64,000 bases of DNA from a virus. The stretch lies in IMG/VR virus record IMGVR_UViG_3300031963_012969; one strand, written 5' to 3'. Position numbers and translations under genes: made by a program. The notes beneath the pieces are model-generated. The model saw only the letters and a list, made by a program, of their open reading frames with translations. It did not search any database and was not told where the DNA came from. Positions within the stretch are counted from its first letter, which is position 1, and each line of letters starts with the position of its first letter. Below, piece after piece: positions 8,438-17,499 of the stretch.

Positions 8438-9563
8438 CTAACTCTTTCTTTAAGTCACTCATTAATGTTTGTTTGACAAAATCTGGTGTAGAATTTGTCC
8501 ATATGTCTTCCACTATTTTAAAATCTCTTATTTCTAATGTTTTATCTTTTTTTGCTAGATTTAAGAACTGAGCGTCATCATCAAAACAGCTTGTTTCGTC
8601 AGTTTCAACTTTTTTTGACTCGTCTCTTTCTTTTTTGAATATGTTTTTGTGAAAGTAATAAACACTATTAGCAAGTGAGTCACTAGACTTAATCTTGTCT
8701 ATAACCGACACAACATCTGATGACTTTTCTGTATCATACCTAAATATATTAAAATCATCTGACCCAGTCATTTTTTGAATACAATCCGACCCTGAATCAA
8801 AATTCAAAATATTTGTTTTCTGGTAGGGTGTATATGGTATGGATTCAATTGACTCAAATAAAGATGTTTCAGAATTATATACAAGTGATATGTACCTAAA
8901 GTTATTAGACATGTCGCACAATCTCAAGAAATCTATATTTCCTGGATAACATACAGTGCAATCTCCAATTTTCATTTTTTTGTGAATATGTAGATCGCCA
9001 AGAGCCAAATACTTACATTTTTTAGACAAAGACATCATATCGTCTTCATCTAATTCTGGCCTCATAATAGAAGCTAGAAAATGCCCAGCTGACTGGTGCA
9101 TCATTATTATATCGAGTCCGTCTGGAATCCCGTCTATTTTGTTTTTTATTTCAGACTTTTTTGTATGGCTAAGCCATACAATCTTCAATGGAGATAGTTT
9201 TTCATCCACAAGATATTTAGATGTTGCTTCATCGAAGGTTGATTCCGATTTAAAACCTTCTTCATTTCCAAGGTCAACCCACTGATGTTGACCTATCACC
9301 TTGTCGTGATTACCAGAGCAAGATATAACCCTGCAATTTGTATCTCCCCAAATCCTACACATATCTATCCAGCATTTTACGTCATCTGGGGATGGCTCAA
9401 CAGAGTCAAACACATCCCCAGCAACGATAACTAGATTATGATTTAATGAAATTTCTTTGGCTATTTTTAAGTTATTTTTGTAAGTATTTAATCTTCTTTT
9501 TGTTATTCCATATTGATAGCTTCCTATATGTAGATCCGCTAAATGCGCAATTTTAATTTTCAT
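8409..9563 (-). CDS. sbcD: SbcD/Mre11 (gp47-like) nuclease
   Basis: Phosphoesterase motifs ADLHIG, AGDVFD, GNHD and LGDLH; adjacent to sbcC. Confidence 0.9.
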   Translation of the reverse strand: MKIKIAHLADLHIGSYQYGITKRRLNTYKNNLKIAKEISLNHNLVIVAGDVFDSVEPSPDDVKCWIDMCRIWGDTNCRVISCSGNHDKVIGQHQWVDLGNEEGFKSESTFDEATSKYLVDEKLSPLKIVWLSHTKKSEIKNKIDGIPDGLDIIMMHQSAGHFLASIMRPELDEDDMMSLSKKCKYLALGDLHIHKKMKIGDCTVCYPGNIDFLRLCDMSNNFRYISLVYNSETSLFESIESIPYTPYQKTNILNFDSGSDCIQKMTGSDDFNIFRYDTEKSSDVVSVIDKIKSSDSLANSVYYFHKNIFKKERDESKKVETDETSCFDDDAQFLNLAKKDKTLEIRDFKIVEDIWTNSTPDFVKQTLMSDLKKELDESIKSNSE

Positions 9564-9591
9564 TATATTTTTAACTTATTTATTAATAGGT

Positions 9592-10137
9592 TTAAGAGTT
9601 ATCTCCAGGCTCTCCTTCATCCCCTCTTGAACCTGTTACCCCTATATACCCTTCATCGCTTAACAGGCCTGGAAAAAATGTATCAGGCAAGTCATTATCC
9701 TCATTAATTGTTTTTGTTACCATGGGGGCGGAAACAGCGTCAACTCTAAATACCTGATCAGAATTGCAGTCCATATCGATTACTCTAACATTTACTGGTT
9801 CTGTTTCGCCGTCTGTCCTATGTATTGCAGATATGCATCCATTTGTTACATGAATAGTTAAAAATGTTTTTTCGCCATTTAATATAGATGAATTAGCAGA
9901 TATTATTTTTGACTTAGGCAAATCAAGTATTTTGCCTGGTATAAAATCTTTGCTAGAGTAGTCCATCGATACTACTTCAATTATTTGTCCAACGAATTTA
10001 TCTGGTGATTCACATTTTCTATTCAGTACACGTACCGAACAGCAAATGTTTCTTCCTGGCTGATTTTTAGGCAACTGCAACAACAGATTGTCTCCAGGAT
10101 TTATGAGTATTTCATTTTTTCTATTTTTTTTTGACAT
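9592..10137 (-). CDS. Hypothetical protein immediately downstream of the RT
   Basis: 181-aa ORF starting 14 nt after the RT stop; beta-rich, with an acidic tail. Confidence 0.6.
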   Translation of the reverse strand: MSKKNRKNEILINPGDNLLLQLPKNQPGRNICCSVRVLNRKCESPDKFVGQIIEVVSMDYSSKDFIPGKILDLPKSKIISANSSILNGEKTFLTIHVTNGCISAIHRTDGETEPVNVRVIDMDCNSDQVFRVDAVSAPMVTKTINEDNDLPDTFFPGLLSDEGYIGVTGSRGDEGEPGDNS

Positions 10138-10151
10138 TAATATTTCATTTT

Positions 10152-11795
10152 TTAATCCGCCAAGATTTTCCTTCTATTAGAAATTGGAGGATTAATCGTT
10201 AACAATAAGCTAGACAATTTGTCTGCCTTGTGAGGCATTGCAGATGCAATAAAGTTTATTTTACCTTTTACTTTAGAGCATTCTGACAAGAACCTTAATT
10301 CATTTTGAATTATTCCATTTTTTATTCCGTCTTTCAGTTTTAATATTTCTGTCCTTACTGCTTCTACATATGCAGGAGCAATAGTTGGTTTACCACTGTT
10401 CATTACGTAGCCAAGGATCTCCATTCTACCTCCAGTACCAATTACTTTGCTTTTCTTTTTATTTAATTCAAAACCATTTGTGGATAAAATTTTGCCAACT
10501 TTATACATAAAAATGTTTATGAACTTTTTACCGTGCCTAGTGGGCCAGGTAAAAGAAAGATCATCGGCATACCTAGAGTAAACAGCTCCCTTTTCTTCAG
10601 ATAGTCTAGTTAGTCGATAATCCAATAATTTAAAGGCTATATTAGTTATTACTGGACTTGCTGGAGAGCCTTGAGGCAAGAAATGATCATCAAACTTTAT
10701 TAAAGGACCTATATTAAATAATTCCTTTATTATATTAAGTACTCTCTCCTTATTTGCCCACTTATTCTCAAATGCATTGTTCACGCATCTTTCAACAAAG
10801 CTTGATATAAACAATTTTAATATTTCATTATCTGTTTTTATTGCCTCTACTATGTTTGATTGATTTAACATGCCGTGTATCGGGAACAAAACACAAAAAT
10901 TTTCCAATGTGTCTGTTTGGCTACCTGCAGGCATGCCTGTAGGCAACCTTGGCCTACCGTTCGAAAATACCTGATTTTGACGATCCACAGATACATAGCT
11001 AGATCTAGGATACAAATAAGAGTTTGTTTCCTTTGGTTCTATAAGTCTTTCAATTAAAGTTTTCCTTAAATTCTTGAAATTTATTACAGAGCAACACATT
11101 AAGCTTATTAATTTTGATATATTTTTTTTGTTTAGTTTTATGCTGCATATATCTACTATGTTGGATACATCTTCTTCTACAATTCCGTGAGCCAATAATG
11201 AATCTTTTATTTGATCTTCTGTAAAACTTCCAAAAAAGTTTTTGACGTCAACATTGATTAGTAGCTCAGGTTTTTCATTCTTGAATAAATGAAAGTTCAC
11301 TGAGTCTAATGCAGATTTGTTTTTAGCAAAACCGAACGCATTCTCATGTGGTTTAAACCTATTTAGCTGATCACCTATTTCAGATTGAATTTGCTTCAAT
11401 TCATCCTTGGGCGCAAGTATTACTCGGTGGTCTTCTTTTCTTGGAATTACGCATTCCTCTAAAAAGTTGGTCAATTCTGAGAAATACCTTAGGTGCTCAG
11501 CAGAGTTTTTTTCGTACCCATAAAAAGATTCTTTTAATGCTTTAAAAAATTTTTTTGAGTAGTTTGATGAATTAAATTCATTAATTATTTCGCGTCGTGT
11601 ATCTTGAGATAAACAATTAGTGAACTTTGCTAACCTATGTATAAACTTATTTGAACTGTTCCCGTTAATGTCTAAGAAGCTTGAGCAAAATTTTTTATCA
11701 ATGCATATATTCCTTTTTTTACTGTTACTTGCGTTCTTTTTGGGGATCAAAAAAACTTTGTATTGTATGTCTTTTGTTTTACTCGATGTCGTCAT
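10152..11795 (-). CDS. Retron-type reverse transcriptase with two large insertions
   Basis: YKVFLIPKK, RVILAPKDELKQIQ, AFGF..SALDSVNFH (region X-like), DVKNFF, LPQGSPASPVITN, YSRYADDLSFT (YADD at 10560-10571), GFELNKKK and EILG (at the VTG position). No maturase or endonuclease domain. Confidence 0.9.
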   Translation of the reverse strand: MTTSSKTKDIQYKVFLIPKKNASNSKKRNICIDKKFCSSFLDINGNSSNKFIHRLAKFTNCLSQDTRREIINEFNSSNYSKKFFKALKESFYGYEKNSAEHLRYFSELTNFLEECVIPRKEDHRVILAPKDELKQIQSEIGDQLNRFKPHENAFGFAKNKSALDSVNFHLFKNEKPELLINVDVKNFFGSFTEDQIKDSLLAHGIVEEDVSNIVDICSIKLNKKNISKLISLMCCSVINFKNLRKTLIERLIEPKETNSYLYPRSSYVSVDRQNQVFSNGRPRLPTGMPAGSQTDTLENFCVLFPIHGMLNQSNIVEAIKTDNEILKLFISSFVERCVNNAFENKWANKERVLNIIKELFNIGPLIKFDDHFLPQGSPASPVITNIAFKLLDYRLTRLSEEKGAVYSRYADDLSFTWPTRHGKKFINIFMYKVGKILSTNGFELNKKKSKVIGTGGRMEILGYVMNSGKPTIAPAYVEAVRTEILKLKDGIKNGIIQNELRFLSECSKVKGKINFIASAMPHKADKLSSLLLTINPPISNRRKILAD

Positions 11796-12840
11796 TAGAA
11801 ATGTAAATATTTCTTTTTATAGAAGATATACCAACTTCTGAATCGCTATCATCAGTTTCCGAATCTTCTATTGCTTTTCTTATAACTGTCATGCGCTCAG
11901 GGTTTTCCTGAATTTCTTCGACTTCTTTTTTTAGTCCATCAACTATTCTAGTAAGACTTGTCTCTAGGTCTAAGGCATCAGAGTCATTTTTATTCCAATT
12001 TGACACACGAGAAACCGCCTCACAGGCATTATTGATAGTTTTTTCAACATCTGGATCATTAAATAAATTTATTTGTTTGAGCTCATTAAGCCTTTTTGTG
12101 AAATTTGTTATAGAATGTATCCTTATGTTCTGCCCCCTAGAATTTTTCCTGCCGTTCTGTATAACGGAAACTACATCTTGAGTTGCTTTTACAATATGTT
12201 CTCTTATTTGCATGCCAGCCTGATAAACAAGTTGAGCAGCTTTTTCAGCTAGGTCGTTTTTAGCATCCATAGCTATTTCGGTTATCTCTGTTTGTGCCCA
12301 AGAATAAATAGTCCAAGAATAATTAAATTTTCTGACTATTTGATTTGCTGATGGGTAAAATTGATCCATATAGCCAGAGTATTCTGGATATTTCTCATTA
12401 AATTTATTTATCTGGCTATCCTTTAAGATAGGATACTCGTCTTTGAAGCTTTCTACGTCTTTATTGAATCTTTCTTTTTCTGCTTCTAGAAAGTTTTTTA
12501 GGTTTGGGTAAAAATCCCTAGGGACAAATCTAGATCCTTTTAGTCCAGGTACCCTGTAGCATGACCTATCAAGTATTTGAGACAGTCTCGTCCTATACAC
12601 AGAAAATTTAGCCATTGTTTTTCCTGGAATTAAATACTTGAAGCCAGGGGTATAAATTGTATTATCTATATCAACTCCAAGAACTTGTTGATCTTCTTCT
12701 GTTTGGGTTAACTTAGCTTCCCATTTACTAATTGTAACATTAATTAAAACGCCGTGTTTGAAAATGTCGGAAGACAGTTTTTGTGCCCAAGATATTTCGT
12801 TATTAGATTCTTTTATTTGTTCTTTTGTTATTTCACTCAT
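11779..12840 (-). CDS. DUF3150-like protein; overlaps the RT start by 17 nt
   Basis: GVLINVTISKW, RFVP, FYPS..IVRKFNYSW and helical C-terminus (LKQINLFND); context next to the AAA/DUF1257/DUF2997 cluster. Confidence 0.55.
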   Translation of the reverse strand: MSEITKEQIKESNNEISWAQKLSSDIFKHGVLINVTISKWEAKLTQTEEDQQVLGVDIDNTIYTPGFKYLIPGKTMAKFSVYRTRLSQILDRSCYRVPGLKGSRFVPRDFYPNLKNFLEAEKERFNKDVESFKDEYPILKDSQINKFNEKYPEYSGYMDQFYPSANQIVRKFNYSWTIYSWAQTEITEIAMDAKNDLAEKAAQLVYQAGMQIREHIVKATQDVVSVIQNGRKNSRGQNIRIHSITNFTKRLNELKQINLFNDPDVEKTINNACEAVSRVSNWNKNDSDALDLETSLTRIVDGLKKEVEEIQENPERMTVIRKAIEDSETDDSDSEVGISSIKRNIYISNDDIE

Positions 12841-12843
12841 AAT

Positions 12844-12879
12844 AAAAAAAGCGGGATAGTATCATAGATACTATCCCGC
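12844..12879 (-). terminator. Intrinsic terminator-like hairpin
   Basis: Perfect 13-bp stem GCGGGATAGTATC-ata-GATACTATCCCGC, followed by T7 on the minus strand. Confidence 0.7.
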
Positions 12880-12897
12880 AATTAAATTGTTTATATT

Positions 12898-13404
12898 TTA
12901 GCTAACCTTGCACGGAAGTTTAAGTCTTCCCATAAAATTCATAACCTCATTAATTATCCTACTTACTTCTTTATCAATTTCATCTTTTTTAACATTATTT
13001 AATGAACTAGATTGATTGGTATCACTTTTACCAGCATTAATATTGTTTTCTTTATTTTCTTTGCAGGGGTTAAATACGAAATTTTCGGTAGAATATTTAT
13101 GTTCACCCACAGTCTTGTCGGGAGAGTCATTTATCATTTTGCTGAACTTTGACTCTATTATATGCTTTTTTCTGTAGCAGGTATTTGATCTTTTTATGCC
13201 CCTAAGTTTATCGTGATTAGATAAAGTATTAGCCATTTCAGATATTTCCCTGTTTTTAGTAATTCCATATGAAGCTAAATAATCAACTATGTTGCACAGT
13301 AATACATATTTTTGATCTTTATTTAGATTTATTTCTGGCGGCTGTACAACCAGAATGTTTGACTTTTTTATTAGATTTATTTTTTTTTGTTTTTTTGTCT
13401 TCAT
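12898..13404 (-). CDS. Hypothetical protein
   Basis: 168-aa ORF in the track. Confidence 0.55.
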   Translation of the reverse strand: MKTKKQKKINLIKKSNILVVQPPEINLNKDQKYVLLCNIVDYLASYGITKNREISEMANTLSNHDKLRGIKRSNTCYRKKHIIESKFSKMINDSPDKTVGEHKYSTENFVFNPCKENKENNINAGKSDTNQSSSLNNVKKDEIDKEVSRIINEVMNFMGRLKLPCKVS

Positions 13405-13705
13405 TTTTTTTTATTTTACTAGGCTGTATTTCTATTCCGTTAAACAGCATTTTACTTGCTGCCCTAACTTCATCAGCCAGAACTTTGTTTCTTAATTTGT
13501 GTGTTGATATGATTTCTCCCGTAGAAATCAATCTTGCTACCCATTTCTGGGTAGCATTATCGAACTCTACATCAGTTATCCTTTCAACCTTAAGATTATT
13601 GGAATCATTGATCCCAAAGAATTCATCGTAATATATACTTTTTACTGATCCATCGTCTAAGAAATTTATAGAAATATAATTAACTTTCTTTTTCTTAGAT
13701 GGCAT
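13319..13705 (-). CDS. Conserved small protein of the DUF2997/DUF1257 cluster
   Basis: ITDVEFDNATQKWVA...RNKVLADEV pattern; operon position. Confidence 0.5.
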   Translation of the reverse strand: MPSKKKKVNYISINFLDDGSVKSIYYDEFFGINDSNNLKVERITDVEFDNATQKWVARLISTGEIISTHKLRNKVLADEVRAASKMLFNGIEIQPSKIKKNEDKKTKKNKSNKKVKHSGCTAARNKSK

Positions 13706-13706
13706 A

Positions 13707-13907
13707 TTATTGATTTACTTTTACTGCTTGAGATGCACAGCTTGCGCCCTGATATAGTTCAGGCTTGTCTGCATAATCGAGCTTATTTGAATAAAGATTT
13801 TCAAATATTTTTGTAGCATCTTTGCATGATCCGCCAGTAAACCCCTGTGCATCAATTTTAGCTTCCCCTTCTGGGGTTATCGTGATTTTAACTATTTTAT
13901 CGCTCAT
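13707..13907 (-). CDS. DUF2997 family protein
   Basis: VKITITPEGEAKIDAQGFTGGSCKDATKIFE...KPELY matches the family pattern. Confidence 0.75.
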   Translation of the reverse strand: MSDKIVKITITPEGEAKIDAQGFTGGSCKDATKIFENLYSNKLDYADKPELYQGASCASQAVKVNQ

Positions 13908-14293
13908 TACATTCTGACCTTCAGTTCAATGTTTCCGTTTGCTGGATTAATTTTTTCTCCAATTACTTGATAGCCCTTGAGTTTAGCTGTCTTTTTGTGC
14001 TGCTCTATTTGATATGCTTGACTAAGTTTACCTGCCTTTGGTCCAACAATTTCTTTGAGCCTGGAGTCATATAGGTCGGCTTGTATTTCGTATCCGTTAC
14101 CCTTTTTTATTACAGCTATTTCATATGTGCTTTTGTCGCTAGAAATTACGGCATCACATTTCATGTTTTGACCAGCATAATATTTAGCGCTTTTCTTATT
14201 TAGATCTAATTTAAGCCCAAGTCTATTGCAGGCCTTTTTAAGTACCTCCAAGTCTTTGATTTCGGGCATCGACATAACAACCATGTGTGACAT
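13907..14293 (-). CDS. DUF1257 (Ycf35-like) protein
   Basis: MSH...IKDLEVLKKACNRLG...YEIQADLY...LSQAY...GY. Confidence 0.75.
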   Translation of the reverse strand: MSHMVVMSMPEIKDLEVLKKACNRLGLKLDLNKKSAKYYAGQNMKCDAVISSDKSTYEIAVIKKGNGYEIQADLYDSRLKEIVGPKAGKLSQAYQIEQHKKTAKLKGYQVIGEKINPANGNIELKVRM

Positions 14294-14294
14294 A

Positions 14295-14498
14295 TTATAT
14301 TATCTCCTCTAATTCTTTTTTGATTTGTTCTTCTGTTTTGATATAGTATTTACCGTTTGTTTTTTCGCCAGCTATTCCCTCTGCTACTAGATATTTACAA
14401 TAGTTTTCTATCCAATTTTCAAGGTCTTCTTGGCTTGTTATTTTATAGTACTCAAGATCCGTCATTAACAGCTTCTTGTTTTTAGATGTCATCTTCAT
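14295..14498 (-). CDS. Hypothetical protein
   Basis: 67-aa ORF tightly coupled between the AAA and DUF1257 genes. Confidence 0.5.
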   Translation of the reverse strand: MKMTSKNKKLLMTDLEYYKITSQEDLENWIENYCKYLVAEGIAGEKTNGKYYIKTEEQIKKELEEII

Positions 14499-16257
14499 TT
14501 AATTCAATTTTTCTTTGTTCTGTACTTGCTCCAACTCCAGACATTCTATTGAATGTGGCCGTGTTAATGCCCATTATTTTATTTGTCGTGGGTTCATCAT
14601 CTTCTTTGTTAGCCATTAAAACTTTATGACTCTTTGCCCAGTCTAGAAGGTTCTTGGATTCTTCTGGATTTAGCTCTGCCATAATCTTGACATCATTTAT
14701 TGACTCCATAAGAAGGTCTGTAGTAATTGGATTGTCTTTGCCGAATCCAGTTCTTTTTACTTTTTTAATTAATCCCTCTATTACAATTTGCTCAATTTCG
14801 GAGCCGGTTCTATTTGGAGTATTTAATGATAATTTATCAATATCTATATTATATTCAGATGGTTCCCAGCCTCTTTTTCTTAGATGAATTGAAAAAATTT
14901 CTTTTCTCTGTTTCACTCCTGGTAGCCCAACATACATGACCTCATCAAACCTTCCCTTGCGTAAAGCAGGGGCCGGAATATTAGTAATACTATTTGTGGT
15001 TGCAACAACAAAGACATCGGATTTTCTTGATTGCGTCCAGGTTAACCATGTACCATACATGCGCTGGAAAGTTCCACCATCCAGATTTCCTCCACCACCC
15101 GCTCCTGCAAATAGTTTCTCAAATTCGTCTACAAATAATATACATGGAGCTTGAGCTTCTGCGTCGGTGAGTGCTTTTATGAGCCTGCTTTCGGACTCAC
15201 CCAATAGACTCCCCATACACGCACCTATATCAAGCCTAAGAACAGATCTGTCCCACTCTACCCCCAGTGCCTGTGCGACCCAGCTTTTGCCTGTACCACC
15301 TGGGCCTACAACGCATAAACCTTTTGGAAGATCTATTCCGTCTTCTCTGGCTTCATGGTTAAAAATCAATGTCCTGTCTTTAGCCCATTGTTTTAGATTC
15401 TCCATGCCCCCAACCTGATCCATCCCCCAATCACTTTCAATGATTTTGAGCACACCAGATTTAGAGAATAGTCTAGACTTCTCCTTCTTTATTACATCTG
15501 TTTTAAAATTGCGATGCTGTGTTTTGTTTTGCCTATATTCAATTGAATTAGCTCTATTGGCTAGAGACAAGACATTTTCAGCCTGCCACTGAGTCAAACC
15601 CGTAAGAGATTGTGCAATATTAATTGTTTCATCTTCACTTAAGCAAATAGAGGGAATTCCCGCTATAGACATAGAGTTTTGACTGCTTCTGACAAGAGAC
15701 TTCATCCTTCCCACATCAGGCAATTTATGCTCAACATATGTTACAATGTTTTCAAGCTCAATTGGTATATCTTTATGGTGGTTTACTATTACAATGCCTT
15801 TGTTTTGCATTAATAGTTTTGGCAAAGCATTTTTAATTTTTCTGGTTAGGTAAGCATTAGTGTGTTTAGTTTTATTTGCGTCAGTCATGTAAAACGCTAC
15901 ATCAAACATTATCATTAATGACTTTTCTGGAAAAAATTTATCCTTTGTAATGCTCCATACATTTGTTCCATCAATTTCGCATGACTCATATTGTGTGTCG
16001 GGGATCGCACTAAATATATCAATTGCGTAAGCTGCTCCACCCTGATCGGATGTATCTATTATTTGTGGATCTACTTGATTTTCGCTTCTTTCTATATCTC
16101 GAACCGTATCAGATGCATCATATATATATAGCCTATTGATCGTCTTTTTGCCTAGCAAGGCGCTAGACTCATCACTTAGAAACCTATCTTCTTCCTGTGT
16201 ATATACCCATATCAATGGAATATTAGAGGAAACAAAATCTTTAATAATTGAACTCAT
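14482..16257 (-). CDS. AAA+ ATPase, Ycf46-like
   Basis: VGGMENLKQW, GPGGTGKS, LFVDEFEK, VATTN and LRKGRFDE, plus a degenerate N-terminal AAA-like domain. Confidence 0.85.
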   Translation of the reverse strand: MSSIIKDFVSSNIPLIWVYTQEEDRFLSDESSALLGKKTINRLYIYDASDTVRDIERSENQVDPQIIDTSDQGGAAYAIDIFSAIPDTQYESCEIDGTNVWSITKDKFFPEKSLMIMFDVAFYMTDANKTKHTNAYLTRKIKNALPKLLMQNKGIVIVNHHKDIPIELENIVTYVEHKLPDVGRMKSLVRSSQNSMSIAGIPSICLSEDETINIAQSLTGLTQWQAENVLSLANRANSIEYRQNKTQHRNFKTDVIKKEKSRLFSKSGVLKIIESDWGMDQVGGMENLKQWAKDRTLIFNHEAREDGIDLPKGLCVVGPGGTGKSWVAQALGVEWDRSVLRLDIGACMGSLLGESESRLIKALTDAEAQAPCILFVDEFEKLFAGAGGGGNLDGGTFQRMYGTWLTWTQSRKSDVFVVATTNSITNIPAPALRKGRFDEVMYVGLPGVKQRKEIFSIHLRKRGWEPSEYNIDIDKLSLNTPNRTGSEIEQIVIEGLIKKVKRTGFGKDNPITTDLLMESINDVKIMAELNPEESKNLLDWAKSHKVLMANKEDDEPTTNKIMGINTATFNRMSGVGASTEQRKIELNEDDI

Positions 16258-16277
16258 TTTTTTACTTTTTTACTAAA

Positions 16278-16312
16278 ATAAAAAGGGCACACAATGTGTG
16301 CCCTTTATTTTT
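16278..16312. terminator. Bidirectional terminator-like hairpin
   Basis: AAAGGGCACAC-aat-GTGTGCCCTTT flanked by A/T runs. Confidence 0.6.
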
Positions 16313-16327
16313 AAATTGTTTATTTTT

Positions 16328-16738
16328 TTATACGCCTGAATCAAAAAAACCTTCCTCGAAAGATCTAAGTGATTTGTTTTTGAAAACTCCAGCAGTCCTG
16401 GAGAACTCTATTGCGGCAAGCATATTATTTTTAGCGGTATTTAATTTATGGTCGTGTTTTTCTTGATCAGTTGCATCGTCAGGTAGTACATGCTGGAATG
16501 GAAAGGTACCACTATATTTATTGTCTACTATGACCGTAAGCGCAGCAAAAGATATTTTTCCACTGAGAATCTCTCTGGCAATGACCGGAGAAATTGATGC
16601 GGCAATTCTTGCTGCAATTTTTGCTTGGTCTCCTATTTGCTGTTGTTCTATTTCAGAGGGTTGAGGTTGTTTGTTTTCATTGACTTGATCCATGTTATTA
16701 TTTTCCTGTGTGATATTTTTTGTTTTTGTTGTGCTCAT
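16328..16738 (-). CDS. Hypothetical protein
   Basis: 136-aa ORF in the track. Confidence 0.55.
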   Translation of the reverse strand: MSTTKTKNITQENNNMDQVNENKQPQPSEIEQQQIGDQAKIAARIAASISPVIAREILSGKISFAALTVIVDNKYSGTFPFQHVLPDDATDQEKHDHKLNTAKNNMLAAIEFSRTAGVFKNKSLRSFEEGFFDSGV

Positions 16739-17153
16739 ATGTTTTTGAAAAAATTTTAGAACATTTAGATAAAAAATTAAATTTTAGGTCCTCCATGTCA
16801 TCTTCTTTTTCTAAATCTATTTCACTTAAAAAATGTACAACCGCTTCTCTAACTGAGGTATCAAATGGAGTATAAATTACATCTTGATTGACTATACTTT
16901 TTTCTACCCTAGAAGATTCATCAAGTGCAATAAATAAATCTTTTAATGTATTTTTATTTTCTTCAGTAGACTCCTCACCAATAATTTGAGCGCACTCAGT
17001 AAGCACAAAATCTCCTGAAACTGGGCATCGTATAGTAACCTTTTTCATAGACATATCATCGAAAGAGTAAATATAGGTATCAAACTCAACGTTCGCACCT
17101 TTCTCAGTTACATCAGTGACATAACTACACTCTATCAATGATTTTATATCCAT
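16698..17153 (-). CDS. Hypothetical acidic protein
   Basis: 151-aa ORF in the track. Confidence 0.55.
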   Translation of the reverse strand: MDIKSLIECSYVTDVTEKGANVEFDTYIYSFDDMSMKKVTIRCPVSGDFVLTECAQIIGEESTEENKNTLKDLFIALDESSRVEKSIVNQDVIYTPFDTSVREAVVHFLSEIDLEKEDDMEDLKFNFLSKCSKIFSKTYEHNKNKKYHTGK

Positions 17154-17494
17154 TACTGTTTATTTTCTTTGTCCTTTAAGTTTTTAACTGAGATGCCACT
17201 AGCGGTAACCCACAGGGAAAAACATAATGATATATACGATATAATGTTATTATAGGTAAAGCACGTAAACAGAAATAAACCGGCTAAAAATAGTCCTGCC
17301 CAGTAAGACAAGCAATACGGACAATTAATTAAATATTCTAATTTTGACCCACCGTATTTTACCTCGATGTACCCCCTCATGTAACTAAATATATCGGACT
17401 CTTGTATTAAATATACAATAGCCAATATAAAATATTTAGCAAAATACGCAAACACCAAGAATAAAAATAAACTCTCTATAAAACTAATTTTCAT
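17153..17494 (-). CDS. DUF1360-like membrane protein
   Basis: Hydrophobic segments around LINCPYCLSYW. Confidence 0.55.
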   Translation of the reverse strand: MKISFIESLFLFLVFAYFAKYFILAIVYLIQESDIFSYMRGYIEVKYGGSKLEYLINCPYCLSYWAGLFLAGLFLFTCFTYNNIISYISLCFSLWVTASGISVKNLKDKENKQ

Positions 17495-17499
17495 AAAAA

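Noticed and set aside
10152-11795. Group II intron or DGR reverse transcriptase
   Set aside because: There is no maturase/endonuclease domain and no flanking intron RNA. The motif is PQGSPAS/YADD rather than the DGR-type G..SQ. I saw no avd-like gene or TR/VR pair.
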